A stretch of DNA of 64,000 nt, taken from NCBI GenBank assembly GCA_963666315.2, contig CAXXHG010000046.1, positions 64,001-128,000 on the forward strand. The letters run 5' to 3'. This document shows, piece after piece, positions 1 to 9,595 of this stretch. Source of the stretch: Candidatus Binatia bacterium (GTDB lineage Bacteria > Desulfobacterota > Binatia > Bin18). Within the stretch, counting starts at the first letter, position 1. Every line of letters starts with the position of its first letter. The translations under genes and the position numbers were made by a program. The notes beneath the pieces were generated by a model, which was not told the DNA's origin, did no database searches, and saw only the letters and a program-made list of their open reading frames with translations.

Positions 1-260
1 GATGCCTTCTGTGTATGTTCGACTGACTGGCACTTCATATATCCGAATCTCTCTGAGTAGCCCGCCAGGCAAATAGTCCTTGAGATGCAATAGCTGGCGA
101 GCCTTTGGCATACTGATGGCATCTTGTACCATCACACAATTTCATTCAATAAAATTCACTCCAGAAACCCTACTTGCTTGTCGCAGACCCCCAACCTCCC
201 AGCTCCTTTCCGTAGACAGGGCAAGCCGAGCACCATACACTGCGCCTGAGGAGGGGGAAC

Positions 261-2327
261 ATGATCTGGCGGCTCGCTGTTGATATTGGCGGAACGTTTA
301 CTGACATTGTTGCTCTGGAAGAAACCAGTGGTGCGCTGCACTTAGCCAAAGTCCACAGCACCCAGGATGATCCGGCAAGCCGCTTCCTGACCGGAATCGA
401 ACAGATCATGCAACAGGCCTCCATTGCGGCCCCAGATATCGGAGCGGTGTTTCATGGGACCACAGTTGCAACCAACGCAATCTTAGAGCGCAAATACTCG
501 GAGCTGGGCCTCATCATCACCCAGGGCTATCGAGCAGCCTTGGAATGTGCCCGGCAAACCGTGCCTGGGGAATTTGGGGACATCACCTGGTGGATTAAAC
601 CCCCACGCGTTGTTCCGCTTGAACGCATCCATGAGATCAGCGCCCGAATGGATGTCCAAGGGCATACTGTCCGGCCCGTGGACAACGACCAGGTTGCCGC
701 CATTGCCCAAAGATTTAAGACAGAGGGCATTCAGGCTGTAGCGGTCTCGTTGCTGCATTCCTATCGCAACCCTGAGCATGAGGAGGAAGTCCGTCGGATT
801 ATCCAGGATGTCTATCCCGAGTGCTTTATTTCCATCTCGTCGGATATTTTACGCGAATACCGTGAGTACGAACGCACCAATACGACGTGCTTAAACACGG
901 CCCTTATGCCCCTCCTGTCCGCGTATCACAGCCGCATCGAACAACACTTACGCAAACGGAAAATCAGCGCTCCATTTTACATCATGCGCTCCAATGGCGG
1001 ACTGGCCCAGGCTCAAGAAATCTCTCGCTTGCCTATTGCTGCGGCCCTCTCTGGCCCGGCGGCTGGTGTCATTGCCGCCGCTCATTTTGGAGCGCAGAGC
1101 GGGGATCAGGACATAATTACTTTTGACATGGGTGGCACCTCGGCTGACATCTGCCTTGTCGAAAATGGCAAGCCCCGCATGCTGACCGAGGGGAAAATCG
1201 ATATCTATGACATCAAAACCCCAATGATCGATCTGCACACTGTTGGTGCCGGCGGAGGGTCGATTGCCTGGCTGGCAGGCGGACGTAGCCTGAAAGTTGG
1301 GCCTCATAGTGCTGGCGCGAATCCGGGGCCAGCGTGTTATGATCGTGGCGGCACCCAGCCCACGGTCACCGATGCCAATCTCGTTCTCGGTCGGATTACG
1401 CTGTCCATTGCCGGTGGAACGATTTCTCTGCATCCTACGAAAGCATCTCAAGTCATTGAAGATCTAGCGGCAGGTCTCAAACTCGATATTACAGCAGCAG
1501 CTGAGGGTATTCTGCGTATTGCCATTGAAAATATCGCGGCGGGCATTCGGACGGTCTCGGTCAAGCGCGGGCGCGATCCTCGGAGCTACGCCTTGGTAGC
1601 ATTCGGCGGAGCAGGACCGCTTCACGCCTGCTACCTCGCTGACTGGCTGGGGATGCAACGGGTCATTATTCCACCTAATCCGGGCGTTACTTCAGCCTAC
1701 GGCCTCCTGCTCACGGACGTGCGGGTTGATCTTGTTCATACCGATGTCCAACGTGAAGACCGCATGGATGTGAGCCGTATTGAGCAAGAGATGCAAGACC
1801 TTGAGCGTCGTGTCACAGCACGGCTGGGAGAAGAGGGCTTACACACACAGGGCATGCAACTGCTCCATTTTGTTGATATGCGCTACGCGAGCCAAGCGTA
1901 TGAAATTCGTATTCCGCTGCCGCAAGGAATCGCACCAGAGCCTATGCAGACGCGCATCCAGCAGGCTATCACCACATTTCACGACAGCCATAAAGATCTC
2001 TACGGCTATTCCTATGCGGGGAAAGAGCTGGTCGAACTGGTCAACGTCGGCGTGACAGGTTTAGGACTCCTTAAACGCCAGCAGGTGCCCGAAGCCCAAG
2101 CGGCAGGCAAGAGTCCGGAGCAGGCACAGACGGGTCAGACGCAAGTATATTTCTCCCATAATAAGAGTCGTGTCGACTGTCGGGTGTATGATCGCACGGC
2201 TTTGCTAACAGGTAACGAAATAGATGGCCCCGCCATTATCCAGCAGTACGATGCAACGACGGTTGTAGAACCGGGTTGGAGGGGGAGAGTCGATCAGTGG
2301 GGAACTTTGCTGCTCAACAAAAAGTAA
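261..2327 (+). CDS. Hydantoinase/oxoprolinase family, ATP-binding A subunit (HyuA-like)
   Basis: 688 aa; DIGGTFTD, HGTTVATNA, SGPAAG, DMGGTS, GAGGGS, FGGAGPLHA motifs; SD GAGGAGG upstream. Confidence 0.95.
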   Translation: MIWRLAVDIGGTFTDIVALEETSGALHLAKVHSTQDDPASRFLTGIEQIMQQASIAAPDIGAVFHGTTVATNAILERKYSELGLIITQGYRAALECARQTVPGEFGDITWWIKPPRVVPLERIHEISARMDVQGHTVRPVDNDQVAAIAQRFKTEGIQAVAVSLLHSYRNPEHEEEVRRIIQDVYPECFISISSDILREYREYERTNTTCLNTALMPLLSAYHSRIEQHLRKRKISAPFYIMRSNGGLAQAQEISRLPIAAALSGPAAGVIAAAHFGAQSGDQDIITFDMGGTSADICLVENGKPRMLTEGKIDIYDIKTPMIDLHTVGAGGGSIAWLAGGRSLKVGPHSAGANPGPACYDRGGTQPTVTDANLVLGRITLSIAGGTISLHPTKASQVIEDLAAGLKLDITAAAEGILRIAIENIAAGIRTVSVKRGRDPRSYALVAFGGAGPLHACYLADWLGMQRVIIPPNPGVTSAYGLLLTDVRVDLVHTDVQREDRMDVSRIEQEMQDLERRVTARLGEEGLHTQGMQLLHFVDMRYASQAYEIRIPLPQGIAPEPMQTRIQQAITTFHDSHKDLYGYSYAGKELVELVNVGVTGLGLLKRQQVPEAQAAGKSPEQAQTGQTQVYFSHNKSRVDCRVYDRTALLTGNEIDGPAIIQQYDATTVVEPGWRGRVDQWGTLLLNKK

Positions 2328-2361
2328 TCTTGCAGCAGTCTTCACCATAGGCGGAGGCAGT

Positions 2362-4386
2362 ATGCCGGACCAAAAACAGTTTTCGCGAACCTATTACGAT
2401 AAAGCCAATGAAGAAGAGGCATTTAAGGACTACGCCCCGTTCCGGTACGGCAAAGTCGAGCAAGATCCAACTGTCGCAGCGCGTGTCGAAGCGCTGCGGA
2501 GAGACCTCGACCCCATCCTAGTAGACATTGTGGATGGTGGGATTGAAGCTGCCATTATGGAGGCAGAAGCCGCAGTCGAACGCACCGCCCGGTCCACCAT
2601 TATTCGGGAACAGCATGACTACCGGGCGTCGCTCAATACACTCGATTGCCTGTCTGTCTCGCGAGTCTCATGGGCGGCTACCGCTGATCCGATTCGGATG
2701 AAATTTCCGGTTGAGAAGATCTTGGAAGGTGACGCTTTCATCTACAACGACGTGTACGAATCTGCTGGGACCATAGGCCATCTGCCCGACTACTGCATCG
2801 TCACCCCCATCTTTTGGGACCAGCGGCTGATCGGATTTGCCCAGATTTTCGGTCATGTGAATGACGTTGGCGGACGCATGGCGGGTTCTTGGCCCAATAC
2901 CTCAACCAGTATTTTCGAGGAAGGGACCATCTGCCCGCCCGTCAAGTTGTACGAAAAAGGTCAGCTCAACGAAGGACTGTACGATGTCCTGCTCAGGAAC
3001 AGCCGTTTTCCTGAGGACCTACGTGGAGACATTGACGCTTTTGTTGGCGCGAATGAAGTCATCCGACGCCGCATTACTGAATTATGCGAACGCTTTGGTG
3101 GTGATGAAGTAGAAGTCGCCTTTTATGAGATTATTGATCGCTGTGCTGAAATCGTACGCGAGAAGGGTCTCGCCCTCTTCCCTGAAGGAGAATTCACGGG
3201 TGAGGATTTTATTGAAAACGACGGTCTGACTTTAGACAAGCCAGTCAAGCTCCAGATCACCATGCGCAAGTATCCGGACAAGATGATTCTGGATTTCGAG
3301 GGGACCAGTCCCCAAGCCAAGGGTCCCATTAATTGGCCGGTGGATGGTCGCCATTACTCCAAGTGGCTCGGCGCGTTCTTTAAAGCCCAGATTCCTGGCA
3401 TCATTATCAACGAAGGTGTTACCCAAGTCTTTCGTTGTCGTATTCCTCAGCGGACGATTTTGAGCCCGGAGTTTCCCGCTCCGGTTGTGAGTCGTATGAC
3501 CTGCATGTTGCGCATGATTAGTGCCTACACAGTTGCGCTGGCCAAAGCCTTTGACGGAGAAGTTGTCGCCGACATGCAGAACATTCAGATCTATGGCCTG
3601 TACGGACAGGACTTTGACGGCAACTTATTTCTCATGCGCGAAATTTTTGGCGCAGGGTCTGGGGCTCGACCATATGCCGACGGCACCGATGTCGTAGATC
3701 TTGTCCCGTATTCGAAAAACCTCCCTGCCGAATTCATCGAACAGCGCTTTCCAGTCGAAGTGTTGCGGGTCGGTTTAGCAACTGATTCAGGTGGGGCAGG
3801 CAAGTATCGTGGCGGCCTCGGCTATGAAAAGGAGATTCGAACGCTTGTCGACGGCCATTATCTGACGGTCACCGAACGCACTGCCTTTGCCTGCACAGGC
3901 ATCAAAGGCGGCAAATGGGGCGCTCCGAGTTCCTGTATTAAGAACCCTGGAACACCACAAGAAGAGCACGTCTATTTCAGCCGTGACGCCATCCCTGTGA
4001 AAGCTGGTGACATCGTTCGCCTCACCACGCCAGGCGGTGGTGGTTGGGGCGATCCGTTAGAACGTGAAATCGAAGCCGTCCGAATGGATGTGATACGTCA
4101 GCTCGTTTCCCTTGAAAGTGCACAGCGGGATTATGGTGTGGTCATGGACCCGGTCTCGCATGAAGTCGATCAGTCAGGTACAGAAAAACTCCGCAAACGT
4201 AGTGCCGAAGAACGCGGACCGGTCAAACTCATCGACCGTGGGCCGTATGCAGAGACGTTAATCAAAAAGGGATTGCTGGAGGTTTCCGACCCAGAGCTTG
4301 AGTGTCTCAGTTGTGCGGACGACAAAATTTTAGACAAGTATTGGAAGGATCTGTATAAGTATACGGTAAGACCTTTGAGCGGATAG
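2362..4386 (+). CDS. Hydantoinase B/oxoprolinase family subunit
   Basis: 674 aa; NDVY..GHLPD, GHVNDVGG, DSGGAGKYRGG, TPGGGGWGDP; directly follows the A subunit. Confidence 0.95.
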   Translation: MPDQKQFSRTYYDKANEEEAFKDYAPFRYGKVEQDPTVAARVEALRRDLDPILVDIVDGGIEAAIMEAEAAVERTARSTIIREQHDYRASLNTLDCLSVSRVSWAATADPIRMKFPVEKILEGDAFIYNDVYESAGTIGHLPDYCIVTPIFWDQRLIGFAQIFGHVNDVGGRMAGSWPNTSTSIFEEGTICPPVKLYEKGQLNEGLYDVLLRNSRFPEDLRGDIDAFVGANEVIRRRITELCERFGGDEVEVAFYEIIDRCAEIVREKGLALFPEGEFTGEDFIENDGLTLDKPVKLQITMRKYPDKMILDFEGTSPQAKGPINWPVDGRHYSKWLGAFFKAQIPGIIINEGVTQVFRCRIPQRTILSPEFPAPVVSRMTCMLRMISAYTVALAKAFDGEVVADMQNIQIYGLYGQDFDGNLFLMREIFGAGSGARPYADGTDVVDLVPYSKNLPAEFIEQRFPVEVLRVGLATDSGGAGKYRGGLGYEKEIRTLVDGHYLTVTERTAFACTGIKGGKWGAPSSCIKNPGTPQEEHVYFSRDAIPVKAGDIVRLTTPGGGGWGDPLEREIEAVRMDVIRQLVSLESAQRDYGVVMDPVSHEVDQSGTEKLRKRSAEERGPVKLIDRGPYAETLIKKGLLEVSDPELECLSCADDKILDKYWKDLYKYTVRPLSG

Positions 4387-4516
4387 AGATCGTAGAATGG
4401 GGCTAGCGTAACGCGACCTGCCACAAATAGGGTGAGTCATTGAGCCAGTCTACTTCGCTGAGTGTTTTTATCTTTCCTTGAGCATCCTTATTGCATATTT
4501 TAATAGAATATTAATT

Positions 4517-4705
4517 ATGGAAACCATCTCTCTCAAGTTATCCGAAGAACTGCTCAAAACGAGTGGCCAATGCGCCGAGTTCCTCCAGTTATCGAGAGCC
4601 GAATACATTCGCCGATCTATCGCGAGGATGAATAGCGATACCCGCAAACAGCGCCGAGCTAAACGGTTTGCCGATGCCTCCGAGGTCTTGTCAATAAGTG
4701 TGTAA
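4517..4705 (+). pseudogene. Ribbon-helix-helix (CopG-like) antitoxin, C-terminally truncated, no toxin partner
   Basis: METISLKLSEELL...LSRAEYIRRSI fits the RHH pattern; runs into an IS-like end at ~4684. Confidence 0.6.
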
Positions 4706-4707
4706 AC
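4684..4707 (-). mobile_element. Isolated IS256-family-like terminal inverted repeat
   Basis: GGTCTTGTCAATAAGTGTGTAAAC resembles IS256-type ends (..TGTC....TGTGTAAA); lies where the RHH gene loses coherence; no transposase in window. Confidence 0.45.
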
Positions 4708-4716
4708 AGCAGAGCT

Positions 4717-4750
4717 GGCGGGGCGGGCGGCTTACGCCGCTCGCCCCGCC
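4717..4750. other. GC-rich hairpin, 15-bp stem, GTAA loop on minus strand
   Basis: GGCGGGGCGGGCGGC-TTAC-GCCGCTCGCCCCGCC, one mismatch. Confidence 0.85.
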
Positions 4751-4778
4751 CCCCAAAGGCCGAAGGGCCACAGGACGA

Positions 4779-4823
4779 CTAGCGGACGCAACGAAAACCA
4801 ATAACGCTGTTCGCGTCCGACGG
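4779..4823 (-). pseudogene. 3' remnant of an FGE-sulfatase/CLec-type gene (DGR variable-region-like)
   Basis: Encodes PSDANSVIGFRCVR*, the typical GFRCV C-terminus of FGE-type CLec domains. Confidence 0.55.
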
Positions 4824-4824
4824 C

Positions 4825-6445
4825 CCGATCTTCGACGAGGCCCTAGATTTTACCTGTGCGATTGCATCCCCAAAAGGAGAAATGCTTGCGGTTGCCGAAT
4901 TTTGCCCAGCCCAGATTGGTGGCATGCCGCTCCTGATTCGTTCCTGTCTGCAAGAAATCCCTCGGGAAGAGATCGAGCCGGGAGACGTCTTGGTGCACAA
5001 CGACCCCTATCGGGGCGGGCTGCATACACCTGAGCATACCCTCTTTTGCCCGGTCTACGTTGACGATGAACTGATGGCCTTTAGCGTCGCCATCGGCCAT
5101 ATCGCCGAGGTTGGGGGCATGGTGCCCGGCGGCTTCCCAGCTGAGGCAACCGAGATTTTCTATGAGGGCATCCGCGTCCCGCCGGTTAAAATCAGAAAGC
5201 GGGGCAAAGATGTCGCAGAGGTCTGGAAGATGTGGCTCGCGAACGTTCGGACGCCTCGTTACAACAATGGAGATATGCGGGCCTTGATTGCAGGCGTCGA
5301 GGTTGGCACTGACCGACTGACCCGGATCATCAACAAATACGGCCGTGAGGTGTTCCGTACGACCTGTCGCGACCTCATGGATTATTCAGAAGCGCGCATG
5401 CGCGCAGAAATCAGCGCTATTCCTAACGGCAAATATTACTTTGTAGACTATATGGATAACGACGGAGTGTCGGATTCAGAGATCCGCATTGAAACCAACT
5501 GCTACGTCCAGGATGAGACTATTGTGGTTGATTTCACGGGCAGCAAGCCCCAAGTCCGGGGTCCGATCAATGCCACGCTGGGCGTCACCTGGTCGGCATC
5601 GTATAATGCCATCCTGCACTTGACTGACCCATCCATCCCCAAGAACTCCGGCTGCTTTCGGCCCATAAAAGTCATTGCGCCCCAAGGCACCATCGTCAAT
5701 GTTGACTATCCCGCCCCGGAGGTCGGCGGGAATACAGAAACCCATCCTCGTATCGCCGGTGTCGTCATAGGCGCGCTCGCTCAAGCCACGCCGGAACGTG
5801 CCATGGCGGCGGAAGGCGGCACTCATCTGAATTTTGTGTTCGGCGGACATGATAAGAAAAATGATGAGTATTTTGCCTGCTATGACATTGAGACCGTCGG
5901 CTGGGGCGCCCGCCCATTTGCGGATGGGAATGATGCCACCGATTCTATTAAGGGTAATTGCCGGGTGATCCCGGTGGAAGTGTATGAGACGCGCTATCCG
6001 TGGCTGACGGAAGAATACAGCCTGCGTCCGGACTCGGGGGGAGCGGGCCAATACCGAGACGGATTGGGGACGCGCAAGGTCTGGCGGTGTATAGATGCGG
6101 AAATCACCTGCAGTCAGCTCACCTACCGACATGAGCATCAAGCCTGGGGTTTGCACGGCGGTGGGAAGGGCGCACCCCGACAAACCTTATTCAAAGCCGC
6201 CGAGAGTGAGACATGGCAGACTATGGTCGAAGCGTTTCAGAAACGCTCAACCAAGCAAATGGTCGAATGTTCGTATCCAGCCCGGCGACCGGATACAACT
6301 CTTAACTCCCGGCGGAGGTGGGTGGCGTAATCCGCGAGAACACGATCCCACCCTGATTGAAGAAGACCTGGCCGAAGGCTGGGTCAGCCCAGAGGCCGCC
6401 CGGACCGAGTACGGCCTTGAGCGCGGCGTTAATCGGAAGAGGTAA
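4825..6445 (+). pseudogene. Second hydantoinase B/oxoprolinase subunit, 5'-truncated and frameshifted
   Basis: Homology starts at PIFDEALDFTCAI with no start codon; NDPYRGGLHTPE, HIAEVGG; extra A at ~6250 moves the C-terminus (SKWSNV...TPGGGGW) into another frame ending 6445. Confidence 0.85.
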
Positions 6446-6450
6446 GGAAT

Positions 6451-6663
6451 TTGCGATTTTCTGAGAACGGCTATTATATCGAACGCTATGTGAAGTGTGA
6501 TAACTGCGGCGTCCTTATCTACGATGAGAGCATTCCGGTCCAGCAACAAGAACATGGTGCCATGATTTTTTGTTCTGCCTGCTGCCAAGAATGGAAGGCC
6601 CAAAAACTAACAGGCGTAGATAGACCACAGGTTTCCATTGCATTTGAGGCGGATGGCTCATGA
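6451..6663 (+). CDS. Small putative zinc-binding protein
   Basis: 70 aa; CDNC and FCSACC motifs; TTG start with SD TAAGGA, 5 nt after the hyuB stop. Confidence 0.7.
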   Translation: MRFSENGYYIERYVKCDNCGVLIYDESIPVQQQEHGAMIFCSACCQEWKAQKLTGVDRPQVSIAFEADGS

Positions 6664-6721
6664 AACACAGCAGGCGAACCCACCTTCCTAGCTCAGCATG
6701 GCGAAAAAAAGGAGAGACGTT

Positions 6722-7117
6722 ATGCGTATTGAAGCTAACAAACAACTCGTTCGCGACGCGTATGCATCAATCTCCGCCGGCAACCTCGGCGGATTTATGG
6801 ACCGCCTCAGCGATGACGTGACCTGGACGTTTTTCGGCTCCCACCGTTTCGCAAAAACGTTCAACGGCAAAGAGGACATCACCCGGAATCTATTCGACGT
6901 CCTGGGCGCCCAGCTTGAGGGCAGCCTCACCGTCAACGTGAAAAATCTCGTTGCCGAAGGGAATCAAGTCGTGGTCGAGGCGCTCGGCGAGTCGCGCACC
7001 AAGGACGGACGAGACTATAACAACATCTATTGTCTCGTCCTCAGACTCGAAGACGAGAAAATTGCGGAGATTCGCGAATATTTGGATACTGAGCTGGTCA
7101 AAAGCATCTTTGGTTAA
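6722..7117 (+). CDS. SnoaL-like/NTF2 family protein
   Basis: NKQLVRDAY...DDVTW...AEGNQVVVE...YNNIYC...IREYLDT; SD GGAG. Confidence 0.9.
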   Translation: MRIEANKQLVRDAYASISAGNLGGFMDRLSDDVTWTFFGSHRFAKTFNGKEDITRNLFDVLGAQLEGSLTVNVKNLVAEGNQVVVEALGESRTKDGRDYNNIYCLVLRLEDEKIAEIREYLDTELVKSIFG

Positions 7118-7134
7118 TAGGCCAAGGGGACAGC

Positions 7135-7899
7135 ATGGCGGAAGAAATCTTATACGAGCATCGTGGACGTGTTGTCATTATCACCATCAACCGTCCCGAG
7201 TCGCGCAACGCGATCAATATCGGCGTGCGCGAGGGTTTGTTTGCGGCCTGGGGACGTTTTGAAAAAGACACTGCTGCGCGTGCGGCTATCCTCACTGGCG
7301 CAGGAGACAAAGCCTTTTGCGCGGGAGCGGATTTGAAGGAGATGTCGCACAAGAAGCTGGGCGTACTTCCGCGCAATTTCATGCCGACGCTCAACATGAA
7401 CGTTCACGTCACCAAGCCGGTGATCGCGGCGGTGAACGGGGTCGCGTATGCAGGCGGTTGGGCGCTGGTGCAGATGTGTGACATTGTCATGGCTTCTGAA
7501 ACCGCACGCTTCGCCATCACCGAGGCCAAAGTCGGTCGTGGTATGCCCTGGGCGGTTCCGCTCACACATTTGATTCCGCAAAAGGTATTACTCGAAATTC
7601 TCATGACGGGCGATCCGGTCAGCGCCCAGCGCGCCTACGAGATCGGCTTTGTGAATCATGTCGTTCCTGCGGACCAGCTCATGCCCAAAGCGCTGGAGAT
7701 CGCCGCAGCCATTGCCGAGAATGCACCCCTCACCGTCGCTGCGGCCAAAGAGATGGTGTATATGGCAACCGATATGGGCCGCCAAGCCGGGCTTGAGGCG
7801 GCCCGCCACCTCTTTGAGCATGTCTATAGTAGTGATGACGCCCAGGAAGGGCCACGCGCGTTTGCACAGAAGCGCAAGCCCAACTGGAAGGGCCGCTAA
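7135..7899 (+). CDS. Enoyl-CoA hydratase/isomerase (crotonase) family
   Basis: INRPESRNA, AFCAGADL, KPVIAAVNG.AYAGG, EGPRAFAQKRKP. Confidence 0.95.
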   Translation: MAEEILYEHRGRVVIITINRPESRNAINIGVREGLFAAWGRFEKDTAARAAILTGAGDKAFCAGADLKEMSHKKLGVLPRNFMPTLNMNVHVTKPVIAAVNGVAYAGGWALVQMCDIVMASETARFAITEAKVGRGMPWAVPLTHLIPQKVLLEILMTGDPVSAQRAYEIGFVNHVVPADQLMPKALEIAAAIAENAPLTVAAAKEMVYMATDMGRQAGLEAARHLFEHVYSSDDAQEGPRAFAQKRKPNWKGR

Positions 7900-8158
7900 C
7901 GACTACGAGTATTTGGTTCAAAAAAAGTAGGTCTTGAAGGACCCACCCTACACGCCTGACGACTCAACCAGGCGTAACCGACACCTGCTCCTCTCCACAC
8001 TGTTGTCAATTTGGATATTTTTTATCATTATCGAACCAGCATTGGAATAGTTATGAGTTGCCAACCAGCCGGGGGTAAGGCTGGACGATCATCATCTGTG
8101 ACTAGGTCCAGCTTCTTCATTCTCAGGAAAATCGTAGCTCTCGCGAAGGAGGAAGAAG

Positions 8159-8941
8159 ATGGCTGTTGACCCTAGGCTGCCGCGTAAAATTTTGGTCGTC
8201 CATGACGTTCAGACTTCCACGGACGCCCAGCAAAACCAACATAAAAAAATTGAGGCGCTTGTGAAGGACCGCCTCAACGGACTGCCGATCAATTTTGCGA
8301 CCGAGATGTACCGTTACGAGAATCTGAATGATGCAGCCCAAAAAAAGTTCCGCACAGTTCTCAATCTCTTCCTGACGCCGCTGAAGGCCGAGGTTCCTCT
8401 CGGTTGGGTCGATCCTGCGATAGATCTTGTGGGAGATGTGGTGATCGCACTCAAGGACGATTCAACCGCAGCCAAGATCCGTAAGGGTCTTTCGAACCGT
8501 ATCCTGCAAATCTATGACAAAGGCAATCCATGCTACGTCGTGGCCCATAGTCTGGGCTCTATCTATGCATTCGTTGTCATTAATCAGCTCATTACGGAAA
8601 ATGGCCTCTTTGATCGCGATCGTCGCCGAACCTGGCCGGTGCAGGGCTTAGTGACCATAGGCTCGCCGGTCGGCTTGTCCATGTTTAAACGCAACAAAGT
8701 CAAGAATATGGGGCCGGGCAGAAAGCTTCTGCGTTGGATCAATTACTGCGATCGAACCGATCCGGTTGTGAGTGGCTCCTTCTACGGAAAGCCCCACCAA
8801 GGCTACACTATTGTAGAACGCTTCAGCCAAGACGGACCCGATACCGGCTGGTTTATCCAGGATCGCGTCGTCGATATTGGCCGAGCCTGGCTGCTGGCCC
8901 ACTTCGGCTATTGGGATCACCCTGCGATTGGAGATGCCTGA
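8159..8941 (+). CDS. Alpha/beta-hydrolase-like protein (lipase-type motif)
   Basis: VVAHSLGS nucleophile elbow, LVTIGSP, D(PV) and H..YW; possible frameshift in the last codons (LITLISS* in an alternative frame). Confidence 0.7.
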   Translation: MAVDPRLPRKILVVHDVQTSTDAQQNQHKKIEALVKDRLNGLPINFATEMYRYENLNDAAQKKFRTVLNLFLTPLKAEVPLGWVDPAIDLVGDVVIALKDDSTAAKIRKGLSNRILQIYDKGNPCYVVAHSLGSIYAFVVINQLITENGLFDRDRRRTWPVQGLVTIGSPVGLSMFKRNKVKNMGPGRKLLRWINYCDRTDPVVSGSFYGKPHQGYTIVERFSQDGPDTGWFIQDRVVDIGRAWLLAHFGYWDHPAIGDA

Positions 8942-8977
8942 TTACGCTTATCTCCAGCTAAAAGGAAGGGAAGACTC

Positions 8978-9478
8978 ATGAAAAAAATACTCGGGCTGAC
9001 TCTCCTTGTAGTGGTCATCTCAAGTTGTACGACGTATCAGTACCATGGCCGGATCAATGCCAAGAACAGCACCGGTGAAAATGCCCAAGTACTGGCATAT
9101 TGGCAGGCTACGCATCGTACGCTCTGGTATGACACGTATGCGGGAGCCGTCCGGGTGAAGACCCAGTGCAGTCCACCCACGCTCGTCTTCAATGAACGCG
9201 AAGACGGTATCGTCGCGCTGTGGGAGCCAGGTCTTGTCAAAGAAGACGGCAGTGGAGGAAGGGGGACCATTTGCGGGCGGGTGATTGGCGCGAAGCGGAT
9301 TCAAGACTTAGAAACCGGGCCGCTCCAGATCGAGGTCTAATGTAAAGCCGAGGTAGATGAGTTCGATGTCACTTCTGTGGACTCTTCTTTTATCGTACCA
9401 CAGGCCACGCCGTATACCTTCCAGATATCCAGAGAAAAGGGCAAAGACGCTCCCCCGGTTTCGAGATGTGTGCGGTAG
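8978..9478 (+). pseudogene. Putative lipoprotein with in-frame TAA (9338-9340)
   Basis: Signal peptide with lipobox ISSC; frame continues 45 protein-like codons after the TAA, to TAG 9476-9478. Confidence 0.55.
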
Positions 9479-9499
9479 AGGGCTGTGGAGCGCAGAATC

Positions 9500-9576
9500 G
9501 TAGGGCGGGTTAAACGCAGAGCAACCCACTAAAAGAAAAGGTGGGTCCCTTCAGACGTTTTAAAGGACCCATCCTA
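9500..9576. repeat. GTAG-type REP-like palindromes; related copies at ~7927-7951 and ~32026-32057
   Basis: GTAGGGCGGGTT.. and GGTGGGTCC...GGACCCA; GACCCACCCTAC shared by the 7.9 and 32.0 kb copies. Confidence 0.6.
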
Positions 9577-9595
9577 GCCTCAAAAATCCAGCAGC

